A DNA stretch of 64,000 nucleotides from Patescibacteria group bacterium (GCA_013387205.1 WARV01000024.1:11283-75282); one strand, 5' to 3'. Positions 8,642-18,868 are shown, numbered from the stretch's first letter. Numbers and translations are program-made. Notes: a model not told the origin generated them from the sequence alone.

Positions 8642-9331
8642 TTAGGCTTTGGCTTTTTCAACGCTAGCTGCCTTGCTTTTGACTGATTGATTCTTTTCCC
8701 CAAAAATATCTCCTTTGTAAATCCAGACTTTTATGCCGACAGTGCCGTAAGTGGTAAAGGCAGTGGACCTGGCAAAATCTATATTAGCCCTTAAAGTATG
8801 AAGCGGGATTTTACCGGCTGAAAGATGTTCGGTCCTGGCGATTTCCGCCCCGTTAAGCCTGCCGCCTATGGCTACTTTGGCTCCCTTGGCTCCGGCGTTC
8901 ATTACCTGCTCCAAGGACTGCTTCATCAAGCGGCGGAACGCGACGCGCTTTTCAATCTGTTCGGCAATGCTGTTGGCTACGACTTGGGCCTGCAAGTTAA
9001 TATCGCGGACTTCTTCAATGTTGACTTTCAAATCTTTCTTGATGCCGAGTTTCTGCTTGATCTTTTTCTTGAGTTCTTCAATCCCCGCGCCGCCTTTGCC
9101 TATTATCAATCCAGGCTTGGTGGTTTTAACGATTACGGTAATGGTGCCGTCCCCGGTGCGTTCAATATCAATCCTGACCAGTCCGGCTCTCTTTAAATGG
9201 TCTTCCAAGTACTGCCGTATCTTTACGTCTTCCTGCAAGAGCTTAGTATAGCCGCTCTTGGAAAACCACCTGGATTTCCAGGTATCGGTTATTTTTATTC
9301 TGAACGATGTTGGGTTAATCTTATGGCCCAT
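8642..9331 (-). CDS. rpsC: 30S ribosomal protein S3
   Basis: MGHKINP, KPGLIIGKGG, GRLNGAEIAR, IPLHTLRANIDF. Confidence 0.98.
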   Translation of the reverse strand: MGHKINPTSFRIKITDTWKSRWFSKSGYTKLLQEDVKIRQYLEDHLKRAGLVRIDIERTGDGTITVIVKTTKPGLIIGKGGAGIEELKKKIKQKLGIKKDLKVNIEEVRDINLQAQVVANSIAEQIEKRVAFRRLMKQSLEQVMNAGAKGAKVAIGGRLNGAEIARTEHLSAGKIPLHTLRANIDFARSTAFTTYGTVGIKVWIYKGDIFGEKNQSVKSKAASVEKAKA

Positions 9332-9339
9332 AATATTTT

Positions 9340-9406
9340 GAACTTATAACTGATAATTTATAACTTATAACTGTTACTAGTTATCAATTAATTGTTATTA
9401 GTTAGT
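9340..9406. repeat. Heptamer-periodic inverted tract (family F; TAACTTA/TAGTTAT)
   Basis: AACTTAT-AACTGAT-AATTTAT-AACTTAT...AGTTATC...TTAGTT. Confidence 0.7.
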
Positions 9407-9982
9407 TTATACTCCTGCTTTACGGTTAAATAATCTCCTCTTCTGCTGAATTTTATTCATCTTGGTCTGTTCTTCAGTTTTGAAAACCTGGGACTTCTTA
9501 CCTTCCTTGGCCGGAGCTTTTTCTATGCTAGCAGTTTGCGTTTTTTCTCCCTTTACCTGTTCCGTTTCAGCGGATTTTTTGAATATTTCAAACCTGGAAG
9601 CTTTGGCTTTGGAGCGCTTTTTCTCTTCTAAAACTACGTGGATGTGGGACATTCTGCGGTGGATAGTGGAAGCGCTGCCGCGTGCCCTGGGAAAATACCT
9701 CTTCATCACTTTGCCGGCTTCGGCAGTAATGCTTTTGATCTGAAGGCTCTCAGGATCTATGGAAAAATTATGCTTGGCATTGGCGATTGCGGAATTGATA
9801 AGCTTGGTAACCATGCCCGCCGCTTTCTTGTTGGTGTGCTGGAGCTGGATAAGAGCGTCAGTAGCATACATGCCTTTGACCAAATTGGTAACCAGGCGGA
9901 TTTTCCTCGGGGAAATATGGAGATGCCTTGCATGGGCTGTCACCAATTTAGCGATATTTGATTGTTTAGTGTTATCTGCCAT
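9407..9982 (-). CDS. rplV: 50S ribosomal protein L22 with a ~70-aa C-terminal extension
   Basis: ISPRKIRLV, INSAIANA, PRARGSA, SHIHVVL followed by a K/E-rich tail. Confidence 0.96.
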   Translation of the reverse strand: MADNTKQSNIAKLVTAHARHLHISPRKIRLVTNLVKGMYATDALIQLQHTNKKAAGMVTKLINSAIANAKHNFSIDPESLQIKSITAEAGKVMKRYFPRARGSASTIHRRMSHIHVVLEEKKRSKAKASRFEIFKKSAETEQVKGEKTQTASIEKAPAKEGKKSQVFKTEEQTKMNKIQQKRRLFNRKAGV

Positions 9983-10082
9983 AAATTAATTGAACAAAAT
10001 TTAAAAAATTAAATAAAATTGAACATAATTATAACTGCAGCTTATTTTTGTCTTTTATGTCAATTTTGTCATTTTTGTCATT
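9983..10082. repeat. Repeat family E, copy 1 (ACAAAAT.../TTTTGTCA units)
   Basis: Near-direct repeat of 10420-10528; third member at 38652-38844. Confidence 0.85.
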
Positions 10083-10086
10083 CCCC

Positions 10087-10419
10087 TTACTTCTTCTCCG
10101 GTTCCTTGGCTGCCTGCAGCTTGGCTTTTTCGGCCGCTGCCTTGGCTGCTTCCTGCTCTTTGGCCATCTTACCGCCATGCCTGATGAATTTCCTGGTTAG
10201 GGCGAATTCGCCGAGCTTGTGGCCGACCATATTTTCGGTAACGAATACCGGCATGTGGGCCCTGCCGTTATGGACCAAAAAGGTAAAGCCTACCATCTCA
10301 GGGGCGATTGCGGAATCGCGCGACCAGGTTTTAATCTGGTCTTTTCCCGGACGTCCGGCCAAAACCTTTTTCATTAATTTTGGATCAATAAATGGTCCTT
10401 TTTTTAGCGATCTAGACAT
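10087..10419 (-). CDS. rpsS: 30S ribosomal protein S19 with Ala/Lys-rich tail
   Basis: [29 protein letters not shown]. Confidence 0.98.
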   Translation of the reverse strand: MSRSLKKGPFIDPKLMKKVLAGRPGKDQIKTWSRDSAIAPEMVGFTFLVHNGRAHMPVFVTENMVGHKLGEFALTRKFIRHGGKMAKEQEAAKAAAEKAKLQAAKEPEKK

Positions 10420-10528
10420 AAATTAATTGAGCAAAATTTAAATAATTAAATAAAATTGAACATAATTGATACTGCAACTCTTGCTTATATTTTTATCATT
10501 TATGTCAATTTTGTCATTTTTGTCAATT
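10420..10528. repeat. Repeat family E, copy 2
   Basis: AAATTAATTGAGCAAAATTTAAATAATTAAATAAAATTGAACATAATT...TTTTGTCATTTTTGTCA. Confidence 0.85.
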
Positions 10529-11365
10529 CTACTTGCTTCTCCTCTTAACTATCATCCTATTGCTATATTTCTTCTTGGTTCTGGTCTTAACGCCAAGTGC
10601 GTGTCTGCCCCAAGGAGTTTTTGGATATTTCAAACCAATCGGGTTATGGCCTTCTCCACCACCATGAGGGTGATCAACAGGGTTCATCACTTTACCTCTG
10701 ACAGACGGCCTCCAGCCCATTAATCTCTTTCTTCCGGCCTTGCCTATCCGTACGTTCATCCAGTCGGAGTTCGCAACCTGGCCAATAGATGCCAAAGCAG
10801 TTTCCTTGATTTTCCTAATTTCGCCGCTGGGCATTTTAAGCAAAGCATATCCGGCTTCAATGTTCTGCAAAGTGGCGTAGCTTCCGGCGCTTCTGGAAAT
10901 CCTGCCGCCCTGTCCCGGTATCAATTCAATGTCATGGATCAAGGTTCCAACTGGTATCCTGCTTATAGGCAGCCTGTTGCCTGGCTTGATTTCTGCGCTT
11001 TCAGAATAAATAACAGTATCGCCGACTTTCAACCCTTCCGGAGCCAAAACGTATCTCTTAGTCCCGTCTTTGTAAGCGACTAAAGAAATAAATGCGCTGC
11101 GGGTCGGATCGTATTCCAAAGTCTGAACCTTGGCCGGAATATCTTTCTTGTCGATTCTGGAAAAATCAGTGATTCTCAAAACTCTCCTGAATCCCCCGCC
11201 CTGGTGGCGGACGGTAATTTTGCCGCTGTTATTGCGGCCAGCCTGCTTGGTTTTTGCCACGAGCAAATGGCGCGGAGTCTGGACATTCTTCTTTAAAACA
11301 GAATAATCCGTAACACTGTGAATACGCCTTCCTGCAGATGTTGGTTTGTAAATTTTTACGCTCAT
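10529..11365 (-). CDS. rplB: 50S ribosomal protein L2
   Basis: GRNNSGKITVRHQGGG; MNPVDHPHGGGEG. Confidence 0.98.
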   Translation of the reverse strand: MSVKIYKPTSAGRRIHSVTDYSVLKKNVQTPRHLLVAKTKQAGRNNSGKITVRHQGGGFRRVLRITDFSRIDKKDIPAKVQTLEYDPTRSAFISLVAYKDGTKRYVLAPEGLKVGDTVIYSESAEIKPGNRLPISRIPVGTLIHDIELIPGQGGRISRSAGSYATLQNIEAGYALLKMPSGEIRKIKETALASIGQVANSDWMNVRIGKAGRKRLMGWRPSVRGKVMNPVDHPHGGGEGHNPIGLKYPKTPWGRHALGVKTRTKKKYSNRMIVKRRSK

Positions 11366-11374
11366 ATGATTCGC

Positions 11375-11491
11375 TTTTCTACTAAATACTAATTGATACT
11401 AATTGTACTAAATATCATCAAATATACTTAATCGATCTCACTACTGGTATATGCTTTAGTATCTTTCGTATATTTTAGTATTTAGCAGAGA
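11375..11491. repeat. Repeat family B, copy 2
   Basis: TTTTCTACTAAATACTAATTGATACTAA...TTTTAGTATTTAGCAGAGA. Confidence 0.9.
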
Positions 11492-11495
11492 TTGA

Positions 11496-11852
11496 TTAAA
11501 TAGTTTCTACCGTTCCTTCTATCTTGTCTCCGTCTTTTAAGGTTACCACGGCTTTCTTAAAACCGCTGGTCTTGCCGCTGACTCTGCCGTAATTCTTGGT
11601 TTTGCCTTTGATGTTTATCATGTTTACCATGACAACTTTGACCTGGTACGCGGTTTCCACTGCTTTCTTTACGGAAATCTTATTGGCAGACTTGGCTACT
11701 TTAAAGACATACTTGTTGCCGGCAACTAATTTTCCGGCTTTCTCGGAAATCCTGGGCTGAACCAAAACGTTTTGAAGCACCTTAGGAAGCTTTCCGGATT
11801 TAGGCTTATCAGCCTGCTTGCTGCCTTCTTCAGTTTTGTTAAAAATTGCCAT
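11496..11852 (-). CDS. rplW: 50S ribosomal protein L23
   Basis: PRISEKA, YVFKV, ANKISVKKAVE, KKAVVTL. Confidence 0.96.
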   Translation of the reverse strand: MAIFNKTEEGSKQADKPKSGKLPKVLQNVLVQPRISEKAGKLVAGNKYVFKVAKSANKISVKKAVETAYQVKVVMVNMINIKGKTKNYGRVSGKTSGFKKAVVTLKDGDKIEGTVETI

Positions 11853-11878
11853 ACTGTTTAAACCCTAAAAATTAAATG

Positions 11879-12520
11879 TTACTTTAAATAAGTTTTTTCT
11901 ATGACTTTCAAGCTGTCCTGCAACACTACAACTGAATCAGCCTTGAGCACTTCAACTACATTCAAGCTATTTGCCAGCTTCGGGGTAATTCCGGGAATGT
12001 TCCTGGAAGCCCTCTGCAGATTTTCGTCCTTTTTCGGCATCAAAAACATCTGTTTTTTGCCAATCTCTTTGACGGCTTTTTTCAAACCGGAAAGGATTTT
12101 GACGAACTCTTTAGTCTTAGGCTGGTCCAAAACCATTTCATTGATGACAATAAACTTGCCACTCTTGGCTTTGTCGGAAAGGGACATAAACAGCGCTTTG
12201 GTCTTAGCTTTCTTGTTAAGCTTTAATTCCCAGTTCTGGTTTGCTCTCGGACCGAAAGTGATACCGCCATGCCTCCAAATCGGGCTGCGGATAGATCCGG
12301 CTCTGGCGCGGCCAGTGCCTTTTTGCTTCCACGGCTTCTTGCCGCCGCCGCTGACTTCGCCGCGGGTCTTGGTGTGGGATGTTCCCTGGCGGGAGTTTAA
12401 CCTGGAAATCCTGACAGCTTCGGCCAGCAAATGCATCTGCGGTTTGACGTCAAAAATCTTGGAGTTCAATTCAATCTCGCCGACCACTTCTGCTTTTTGG
12501 TTATAGACATTTACTTTCAT
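11879..12520 (-). CDS. rplD: 50S ribosomal protein L4
   Basis: TKTRGEVSGGGKKPWKQKGTGRARAGSIRSPIWRHGG. Confidence 0.98.
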   Translation of the reverse strand: MKVNVYNQKAEVVGEIELNSKIFDVKPQMHLLAEAVRISRLNSRQGTSHTKTRGEVSGGGKKPWKQKGTGRARAGSIRSPIWRHGGITFGPRANQNWELKLNKKAKTKALFMSLSDKAKSGKFIVINEMVLDQPKTKEFVKILSGLKKAVKEIGKKQMFLMPKKDENLQRASRNIPGITPKLANSLNVVEVLKADSVVVLQDSLKVIEKTYLK

Positions 12521-12537
12521 AAAAAAATATTGGTTAT

Positions 12538-12624
12538 ATAATCCTAATGCCCCGAATTCTTATCCGAATGCCCCAAACGGTTCCCTTTTCGGGTCATTTG
12601 GATGAATTCGTAGATTCGGATTAT
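12538..12624. repeat. Repeat family A, copy 3
   Basis: ATAATCCTAATGCCCCGAAT...GATTCGGATTAT. Confidence 0.85.
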
Positions 12625-12625
12625 G

Positions 12626-13288
12626 CTATTTTTTCTTCTTCTCTTCCTTTACTTCTGTTAATTTGACCAAAGGTTTTACTTTTCCGGTAGAGACAACCTT
12701 AATGGTGGCGTTGCGGTGTCCGGGAACTGCACCTTTAACTGTTATTAAATTCCTTGCTGGATCAACTTCCACAACCTGGAGATTCTTAACCGTAACTTGC
12801 TGGTTGCCCATATGGCCGGCCATTCTCAAGCCTTTGCGGACATGCTGCGGGAAACGCTGACCGATGGAACCGACGCTCCTGGGCTTGTTATGCCCGTGGC
12901 TGGCCGGGAAACCGGCGAAACCGTGGCGCTTAATGGCTCCGGCAAAACCGCGTCCTTTGCTTACTCCGATAACATCTACAACTTCGCCTATTTGGAAACC
13001 TGATAAATCTAATTTCTGGCCCTTTTGATAAGCACTGCTGTCATCAACCCTGAATTCAGCCAAAGCGGCAAAAGACCCTAATTCTTTCAAGTGTCCTTTT
13101 ATGGACTTGTTGGCTTTGACTTTTTTGCCCACGCCGACCTGTACTGCAGAATACTTGTCTTTGCCATCCTTGGCTTTAACCTGGGTGACAATCATTGACG
13201 AGCCCTTAATGACCGTAACTGGGATAACTGTCCCGCTTTGGTCGAAGTACTGGCTCATATTCAGTTTCTTTCCGATAAGAAAATTCAT
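12626..13288 (-). CDS. rplC: 50S ribosomal protein L3 (likely start MNFLIGKK; alternative start 13309)
   Basis: SKGRGFAGAIKRHGF, GLRMAGHMG, VKGAVPG. Confidence 0.96.
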   Translation of the reverse strand: MNFLIGKKLNMSQYFDQSGTVIPVTVIKGSSMIVTQVKAKDGKDKYSAVQVGVGKKVKANKSIKGHLKELGSFAALAEFRVDDSSAYQKGQKLDLSGFQIGEVVDVIGVSKGRGFAGAIKRHGFAGFPASHGHNKPRSVGSIGQRFPQHVRKGLRMAGHMGNQQVTVKNLQVVEVDPARNLITVKGAVPGHRNATIKVVSTGKVKPLVKLTEVKEEKKKK

Positions 13289-13439
13289 ATTTTCCGTTAC
13301 TGTTTCCATTGCTCCGTTTAACATCTAAAGATATTAACCGTAGATAGGATTACTTAAATAATTAAATACTTTTAGCGTCTCTATCCGCCTTCGCATAAAG
13401 CTTCGGCGGATTGTTCACTATGTATAAATTAATGTGAAC

Positions 13440-13507
13440 AAAAAAAACGGGTCTGATTTACCCGTAATAAACTTAAATGGAAAACCATTTAAACTTTTAG
13501 GTAAATC
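13440..13507 (-). promoter_or_regulatory. Putative terminator/antiterminator between rpsJ and rplC
   Basis: Minus strand ACGGGT-7-ACCCGT plus a U-tract overlaps a longer GATTTACC...GGTAAATC hairpin. Confidence 0.55.
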
Positions 13508-13577
13508 GTTCTCTGGAATCTTGAGCTCTTGAAAGCTTTGGGATAACAGAACTAATCTACAGACATTTTAAGTTTTA

Positions 13578-13904
13578 CTAGCTCATCTTAATTTCCACAT
13601 CCACGCCGGCTGGAAGGTTCAGGTTGGTCAAAGCATCAATAGTCTTAGGAGTTGCTTCTAAAATATCAATTAATCTCTTGTGGACCCTCATTTCAAACTG
13701 TTCGCGGCTGTCTTTGTGCACGAAAGTAGAACGCAACACGGTATATTTGGTGTGTTCTGTAGGCAGCGGGATTGGTCCGGAGATTGTTGCGCCAGTCCTT
13801 TTGGCAGTTTCAACAATCTGCTTAGAGCTCTGGTCAATCAACTTATGATCGTATGCTCTAATCTTGATGCGTATTCTTGGCGGCTTATTTGCGTCCTTGT
13901 CCAT
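13578..13904 (-). CDS. rpsJ: 30S ribosomal protein S10
   Basis: [37 protein letters not shown]. Confidence 0.98.
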   Translation of the reverse strand: MDKDANKPPRIRIKIRAYDHKLIDQSSKQIVETAKRTGATISGPIPLPTEHTKYTVLRSTFVHKDSREQFEMRVHKRLIDILEATPKTIDALTNLNLPAGVDVEIKMS

Positions 13905-14050
13905 TTAGTTGTTGAAGGAATGAAGGTTAAGAATAAGTTATCCACCGTTTTTTCGGTGAAAATTGAATTACTTAAAATTTAAATCAAGTAGTTTAAATTT
14001 GAAATAATCCAAAAATAGGCTGTTTTTATATTCATTTAGCCACTTGGCAT

Positions 14051-14079
14051 ATATTACACTAGTGCAGTAATTTTGTCAA
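14051..14079 (-). promoter_or_regulatory. sigma70 promoter of the S10 operon (TTGACA-17-TAATAT)
   Basis: Plus strand TGTCAA at 14074-14079 and ATATTA at 14051-14056. Confidence 0.7.
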
Positions 14080-14117
14080 ATCTTTAAGAAAAAGATTTTG
14101 CAATAAATTCCGCTCTA

Positions 14118-14146
14118 TTGACAAATAACTCAATGTGTGCTATAAT
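14118..14146 (+). promoter_or_regulatory. Consensus sigma70 promoter divergent from S10 (TTGACA-17-TATAAT, TGn extension)
   Basis: TTGACAAATAACTCAATGTGTGCTATAAT. Confidence 0.75.
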
Positions 14147-14464
14147 ATTTTATCAAAAATAATTTTGAAAATTAAAAGCCCCCTTATTTTAGAGCTTTTT
14201 AACACTAACAATATCAAACATATTAATGACCTATTCTTTATTAGTTTTATCCATCACTAATTCAATAAATTACATCATCACTGCAATTAATACTGCTGGC
14301 AGGTAAAACTCGCAATAAAAAAGCGTCTTAAGAGCTATCTGGAAAGATAGCTCTTTTAATTTTTTAAGGAGGATTCTCTTAGGGAAGTTTGCGCAGATTT
14401 TTTGATACGCAGACTCCCCTAAGAGAACTTGTTTTAACCTTAGGCGGAATGGGAGAACCCAAGC

Positions 14465-14761
14465 ATGAAGATTAATGTAATGATTCTGGAAGCTGCGCTG
14501 GCAGGCCTTGAAAAAAGAAAACGCAAAGTCGAGGAGCAGATTACTGAAGTAGAAAATCTCCTTCTCGCAAATCCTCCGAAAAAGCCGATGTCTATTGCAA
14601 CCCATGCCAGGGCCGGCAAGCGCCATATAAACGCTGAAAGCCGCGAACGAATCGCAGAGGGACAAAAAAAACGCTGGAACAAATGGCGCAAACAGCAGAA
14701 GAAGGCCAAAAGAGCGCCAACCTTGCAGACTAAAACTTCTGCGGACAGAAAAAACAGGTAA
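14465..14761 (+). CDS. Small basic coiled-coil protein, putative DNA-binding
   Basis: GGGAGA SD; ILEAALAGLEKRKRKVEEQI...INAESRERIAEGQKKRW; terminator follows. Confidence 0.7.
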   Translation: MKINVMILEAALAGLEKRKRKVEEQITEVENLLLANPPKKPMSIATHARAGKRHINAESRERIAEGQKKRWNKWRKQQKKAKRAPTLQTKTSADRKNR

Positions 14762-14791
14762 GATGCAGGCGGCATACCGCCAAAAGTTCAC

Positions 14792-14826
14792 AAGACGGCG
14801 CAAAGCTTTGCGCCGTCTTTCATTTT
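14792..14826 (+). terminator. Terminator after the 14465 ORF
   Basis: AAGACGGCGCAAAG|CTTTGCGCCGTCTT followed by T-rich bases. Confidence 0.7.
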
Positions 14827-14929
14827 GCCCATTAATATTATTATTTCGATATTATTCTAAGTCCTGGTGATCCTTAAAATACTATACAGTATTGTGGTTT
14901 TGCCGAAATTTGATGCCGCAACAAAACTC

Positions 14930-14969
14930 TGACATTACTTCACTGCTTCGAAGCAGTGAAGTAATGTCA
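14930..14969. repeat. Perfect 40-bp palindrome (CTTCACTRCTTCGAAGYAGTGAAG family)
   Basis: TGACATTACTTCACTGCTTC|GAAGCAGTGAAGTAATGTCA; copies at 25044-25067 and 25578-25601. Confidence 0.88.
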
Positions 14970-14977
14970 AGAAAATT

Positions 14978-15005
14978 AAAACCCCTCCCGGAAGGGAGGG
15001 GTTTT
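14978..15005 (-). terminator. Bidirectional terminator after tuf
   Basis: AAAACCCCTCCC-GGAA-GGGAGGGGTTTT. Confidence 0.85.
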
Positions 15006-15035
15006 TCTAAACGCTAAGCGCTGTACGCTAAACGC

Positions 15036-16226
<1,191 letters not shown>

Positions 16227-16427
16227 GAGAAGTGTTTCCTTTCTTTCGTCCCGAGAAACCCTAAGCCTTGCGTCTATCGATTTGGCGCAAGGCCAAGGGT
16301 TTTTCTCTTTTTTTCCTAACCTGCCATGTCCCAAATCCGCCAACTGGCGGATAGGACGGTCGGATCGGAATCCAGGGACGATTATGCCACTTTTAGGTGG
16401 CAATATTAATTGTTATACGCATGTTAA

Positions 16428-16456
16428 ATTTTAAAGAATTTTTCCCATCCTGTCAA
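16428..16456 (-). promoter_or_regulatory. Dedicated tuf promoter (TTGACA-17-TAAAAT)
   Basis: Plus strand TGTCAA at 16451-16456 and ATTTTA at 16428-16433. Confidence 0.72.
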
Positions 16457-16476
16457 ACACCATAAAATAACAAAAC

Positions 16477-16515
16477 GATGGGAATCTTCTGGGGCAGCCC
16501 CAGAAGATTCCCATC
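16477..16515. repeat. 19-bp-arm palindrome, same GATGGGAATCTT motif as 28-71 with the arms swapped
   Basis: GATGGGAATCTTCTGGGGC-A-GCCCCAGAAGATTCCCATC. Confidence 0.85.
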
Positions 16516-16526
16516 AAGGAAACTCA

Positions 16527-17636
16527 TTATTGTCCTGACGGCTTTATTAATTCCGTTGATACGTTTAAAGACTTTACAATGTCGGTTAAATTAGACTCAG
16601 GAGTTTTTTGCCAAACAACCACATAATTTCCCCCGGTTTGCGGCGAGAAAATAATCCACTGCTCGCTTCCCTTGGCAAAACTTTGCATGTCTTTCGCATT
16701 CTGGATTTCAATTTTATTTTCAGCCTTTTTGCAATCGGGACAAGGCTTAACGGCATTCCAATATTCCAAAGCACTGGAAGCCCCAATGGCATCGTTGCTG
16801 TAAAACCCGATCTTCAACAAATTATTTTTGCTTTTGTCGCTCAGGATTAAATAATTATTTTGTTTAGTGATTATATATTTGTCTTTTGGATAATTTAGGC
16901 TGTAATGGAACCGGGTTACATATCCTTCGTAATTGGCGTCATGCGTCCCGGAGTAATTCGCCTGCTTTGAATCAGAGATGAACTTAAACGTGCCGAGTAC
17001 CTGATCCAGCCTGTTCCAAACTTCCGTCTGGTTAAATTCTTTAATCGTTCCTTTAGGGTAATTGTCGATGTTGGTATTAGCAACGCGCTGCATTATTTCG
17101 TAGCAGGTGTTATTATGGAAACTCCTGTAAACTTTAACACTGTCAAAATGCCCTAAGGCTGCACCACCGCCAGTGGCCGAATGGAAATCAGTATTATTGA
17201 TTTTTACAATGCCGGCGTCTTTTTGAGCTTCGTTGGTTGAAACGTTAAAGTTATAGCACTGGCTTTGGGTATTTAAATCTTTCAAGATATTTACCGAAAC
17301 TCCGGCGCTGTCAAAATTCGTGCCTGAATATTTATCCTTGGTTAAATACGCACATGCAGCCGTTGTGTCATCACAAGCCGGAATATAAGAAAGCGGGCGG
17401 ATTTTGCTTATATCCGTGTTAAACCCAAAATCATTTGGGTACTGGATAGAAAACCCATACTTAGCAGGACTGGTATAAGTGTTCCAGCCATTCTTGTTGC
17501 CTTGGGGAAGATTTTGGGAATTATCACTGGTTAATGTGGATTGATTAGTCTGTTTTGGCTCGTTTTTTTGCGCCTGCTGATTACATGAAGCAGCAAGCAG
17601 TACTATCGCTGAAACCAAAAATAGATATTTCTTCAT
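16527..17636 (-). CDS. Lipoprotein, hypothetical (PsbP-like WxTY...YGFSIQYP domains)
   Basis: Signal peptide with lipobox LLAASC; WNTYTSPAKYGFSIQYP; second FHYSLNYP repeat. Confidence 0.75.
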   Translation of the reverse strand: MKKYLFLVSAIVLLAASCNQQAQKNEPKQTNQSTLTSDNSQNLPQGNKNGWNTYTSPAKYGFSIQYPNDFGFNTDISKIRPLSYIPACDDTTAACAYLTKDKYSGTNFDSAGVSVNILKDLNTQSQCYNFNVSTNEAQKDAGIVKINNTDFHSATGGGAALGHFDSVKVYRSFHNNTCYEIMQRVANTNIDNYPKGTIKEFNQTEVWNRLDQVLGTFKFISDSKQANYSGTHDANYEGYVTRFHYSLNYPKDKYIITKQNNYLILSDKSKNNLLKIGFYSNDAIGASSALEYWNAVKPCPDCKKAENKIEIQNAKDMQSFAKGSEQWIIFSPQTGGNYVVVWQKTPESNLTDIVKSLNVSTELIKPSGQ

Positions 17637-17664
17637 AAAATCGCCGATCTAATTATTTGAGCTA

Positions 17665-17753
17665 TCCTGGACCCCGGATCAAGCCCGGGGTGGAAACCAA
17701 GGGTACCATCCCGGAATTTTTCAGGGCTGTGAAAAATATCCGGGATCCAGTAC
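17665..17753. repeat. REP-like direct repeat, left flank of GIY-YIG gene
   Basis: TCCTGGACCCCGGATCAAGCCCGGGGTGGAAACC...AAATATCCGGGATCCAGTAC; copy at 18113-18234. Confidence 0.85.
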
Positions 17754-17792
17754 TTATGCTTTAATCCTGAATCAAGTTCAGGACAGGCTCTA

Positions 17793-18086
17793 TTAAATAA
17801 TTTTATTATATAAATCTTCCCAATTAGGATTTATCTTCTCAATTAATTCCAATTTCCATTTTCGATACCATCTTTTTAACTGTTTTTCCCGCTTTATGGC
17901 TTCTTCCCTGTCTTCAAAGACTTCATAATAAACCAATCGATGAACCTGGTATTCTTGAGTAAATCCTTTGACAATGTTGTTTTTATGGGTAAAAACCCTG
18001 TTTACAAGATTATTTGTAAAACCGGTATACAAAGTCCCATTCCTATGACTGGCCAGCATATAAACATAATACACTTTATTATCCAT
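17793..18086 (-). CDS. GIY-YIG nuclease family protein (start corrected to MDNKVYY)
   Basis: YYVYMLASHRNGTLYTGFTNNLVNRV...AIKREKQLKRWYRKWKLELIEKINPNWEDL. Confidence 0.92.
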   Translation of the reverse strand: MDNKVYYVYMLASHRNGTLYTGFTNNLVNRVFTHKNNIVKGFTQEYQVHRLVYYEVFEDREEAIKREKQLKRWYRKWKLELIEKINPNWEDLYNKII

Positions 18087-18112
18087 TGTTTTTGTATTTG
18101 TTTCTGGCTTTT

Positions 18113-18234
18113 TCCTGGACCTCGGGTCCCATCCTTCGCATAAAGCTACGGCGGGCACAGCAAGCCCGGGGTGGAAACCGAGGACACCATCCAGGAATTT
18201 CGAGTGTATCGGAGAAATATCCGGGATCCAGTAC
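18113..18234. repeat. REP-like direct repeat, right flank of GIY-YIG gene, with a nested family H hairpin
   Basis: Aligns to 17665-17753 except for a ~33-nt insert CCATCCTTCGCATAAAGCTACGGCGGGCACAGC. Confidence 0.85.
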
Positions 18235-18254
18235 ATATTCGCATTGTATAATTC

Positions 18255-18305
18255 AGCCACGAAGTGGCCCCTTCGAGGCGTACTTATCGGCGACGTTTCT
18301 GCGGT
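18255..18305. repeat. Repeat family G copy
   Basis: GCCACGAAGTGGCCCCTTCGAGGCGTAC...TCTGCGGT directly after a stop codon. Confidence 0.7.
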
Positions 18306-18701
18306 CTAGAAATCTTCAAACTCCACTTTCGGGCCTTCGAAGTTGAAACTAGTGTCTATAACTTCTTCTTTAACAATTACTTCTTCGCGCAGGTCCTGAA
18401 AGCGTGAAGGAAAAACCTGGCGGGTAGATTGCACTTGAGGCGCAACTGTTTTCCTAAATGGAGTTTCCACTACAGGTTCAATAGTATCTTTTTCCGTCAA
18501 TTGCGCTTTAATAATTTCTTTGTTGATTTTTTCAATATCTTCCGCCTGCTGGACAACCTTCTGCTGCAATTTGCCGAGCAGTAATTTTTGATATTCGTTA
18601 ATAGGCAATATCACCAGCTTAGCATCCCCTGCCTCATCCATAACAAAAAACTTCCCTCCGTCAGCCTTTGCCAGATTGATTAAATCTTGTAATTTTGACA
18701 T
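18306..18701 (-). CDS. Hypothetical protein
   Basis: 131-aa ORF, GGKFFVMDEAGDAKLVILPINEYQKL plus coiled coil and acidic C-terminus. Confidence 0.75.
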   Translation of the reverse strand: MSKLQDLINLAKADGGKFFVMDEAGDAKLVILPINEYQKLLLGKLQQKVVQQAEDIEKINKEIIKAQLTEKDTIEPVVETPFRKTVAPQVQSTRQVFPSRFQDLREEVIVKEEVIDTSFNFEGPKVEFEDF

Positions 18702-18709
18702 ATTATTTT

Positions 18710-18777
18710 TCCACTAATTCACGAATTTACACAAATCACACTAAATACCAGTTTAGTGATATTAGTGAATTCGTGGA
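18710..18777. repeat. Repeat family D, copy 1 (TCCACTAATTCACGAAT...ATTAGTGAATTCGTGGA)
   Basis: Nearly identical to 23414-23491. Confidence 0.88.
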
Positions 18778-18868
18778 TAAGTAATTTTTGTATTCCCATT
18801 ATACCCCCATTCCCTCAGCTTTACAATCCCCTACAGATTTGGTATTCTAGGATGTTTAGGAGGAAAAA

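Noticed and set aside
4052-12624. Periodic AT-rich repeats as possible CRISPR arrays
   Set aside because: Units are degenerate 7-11 mers arranged as inverted arms, with no constant repeat and unique spacer pattern and no cas genes in the window.
14270-14803. Minus-strand ORFs of 177 and 111 aa
   Set aside because: Antisense to the better supported plus-strand gene 14465-14761, which has an SD and terminator.
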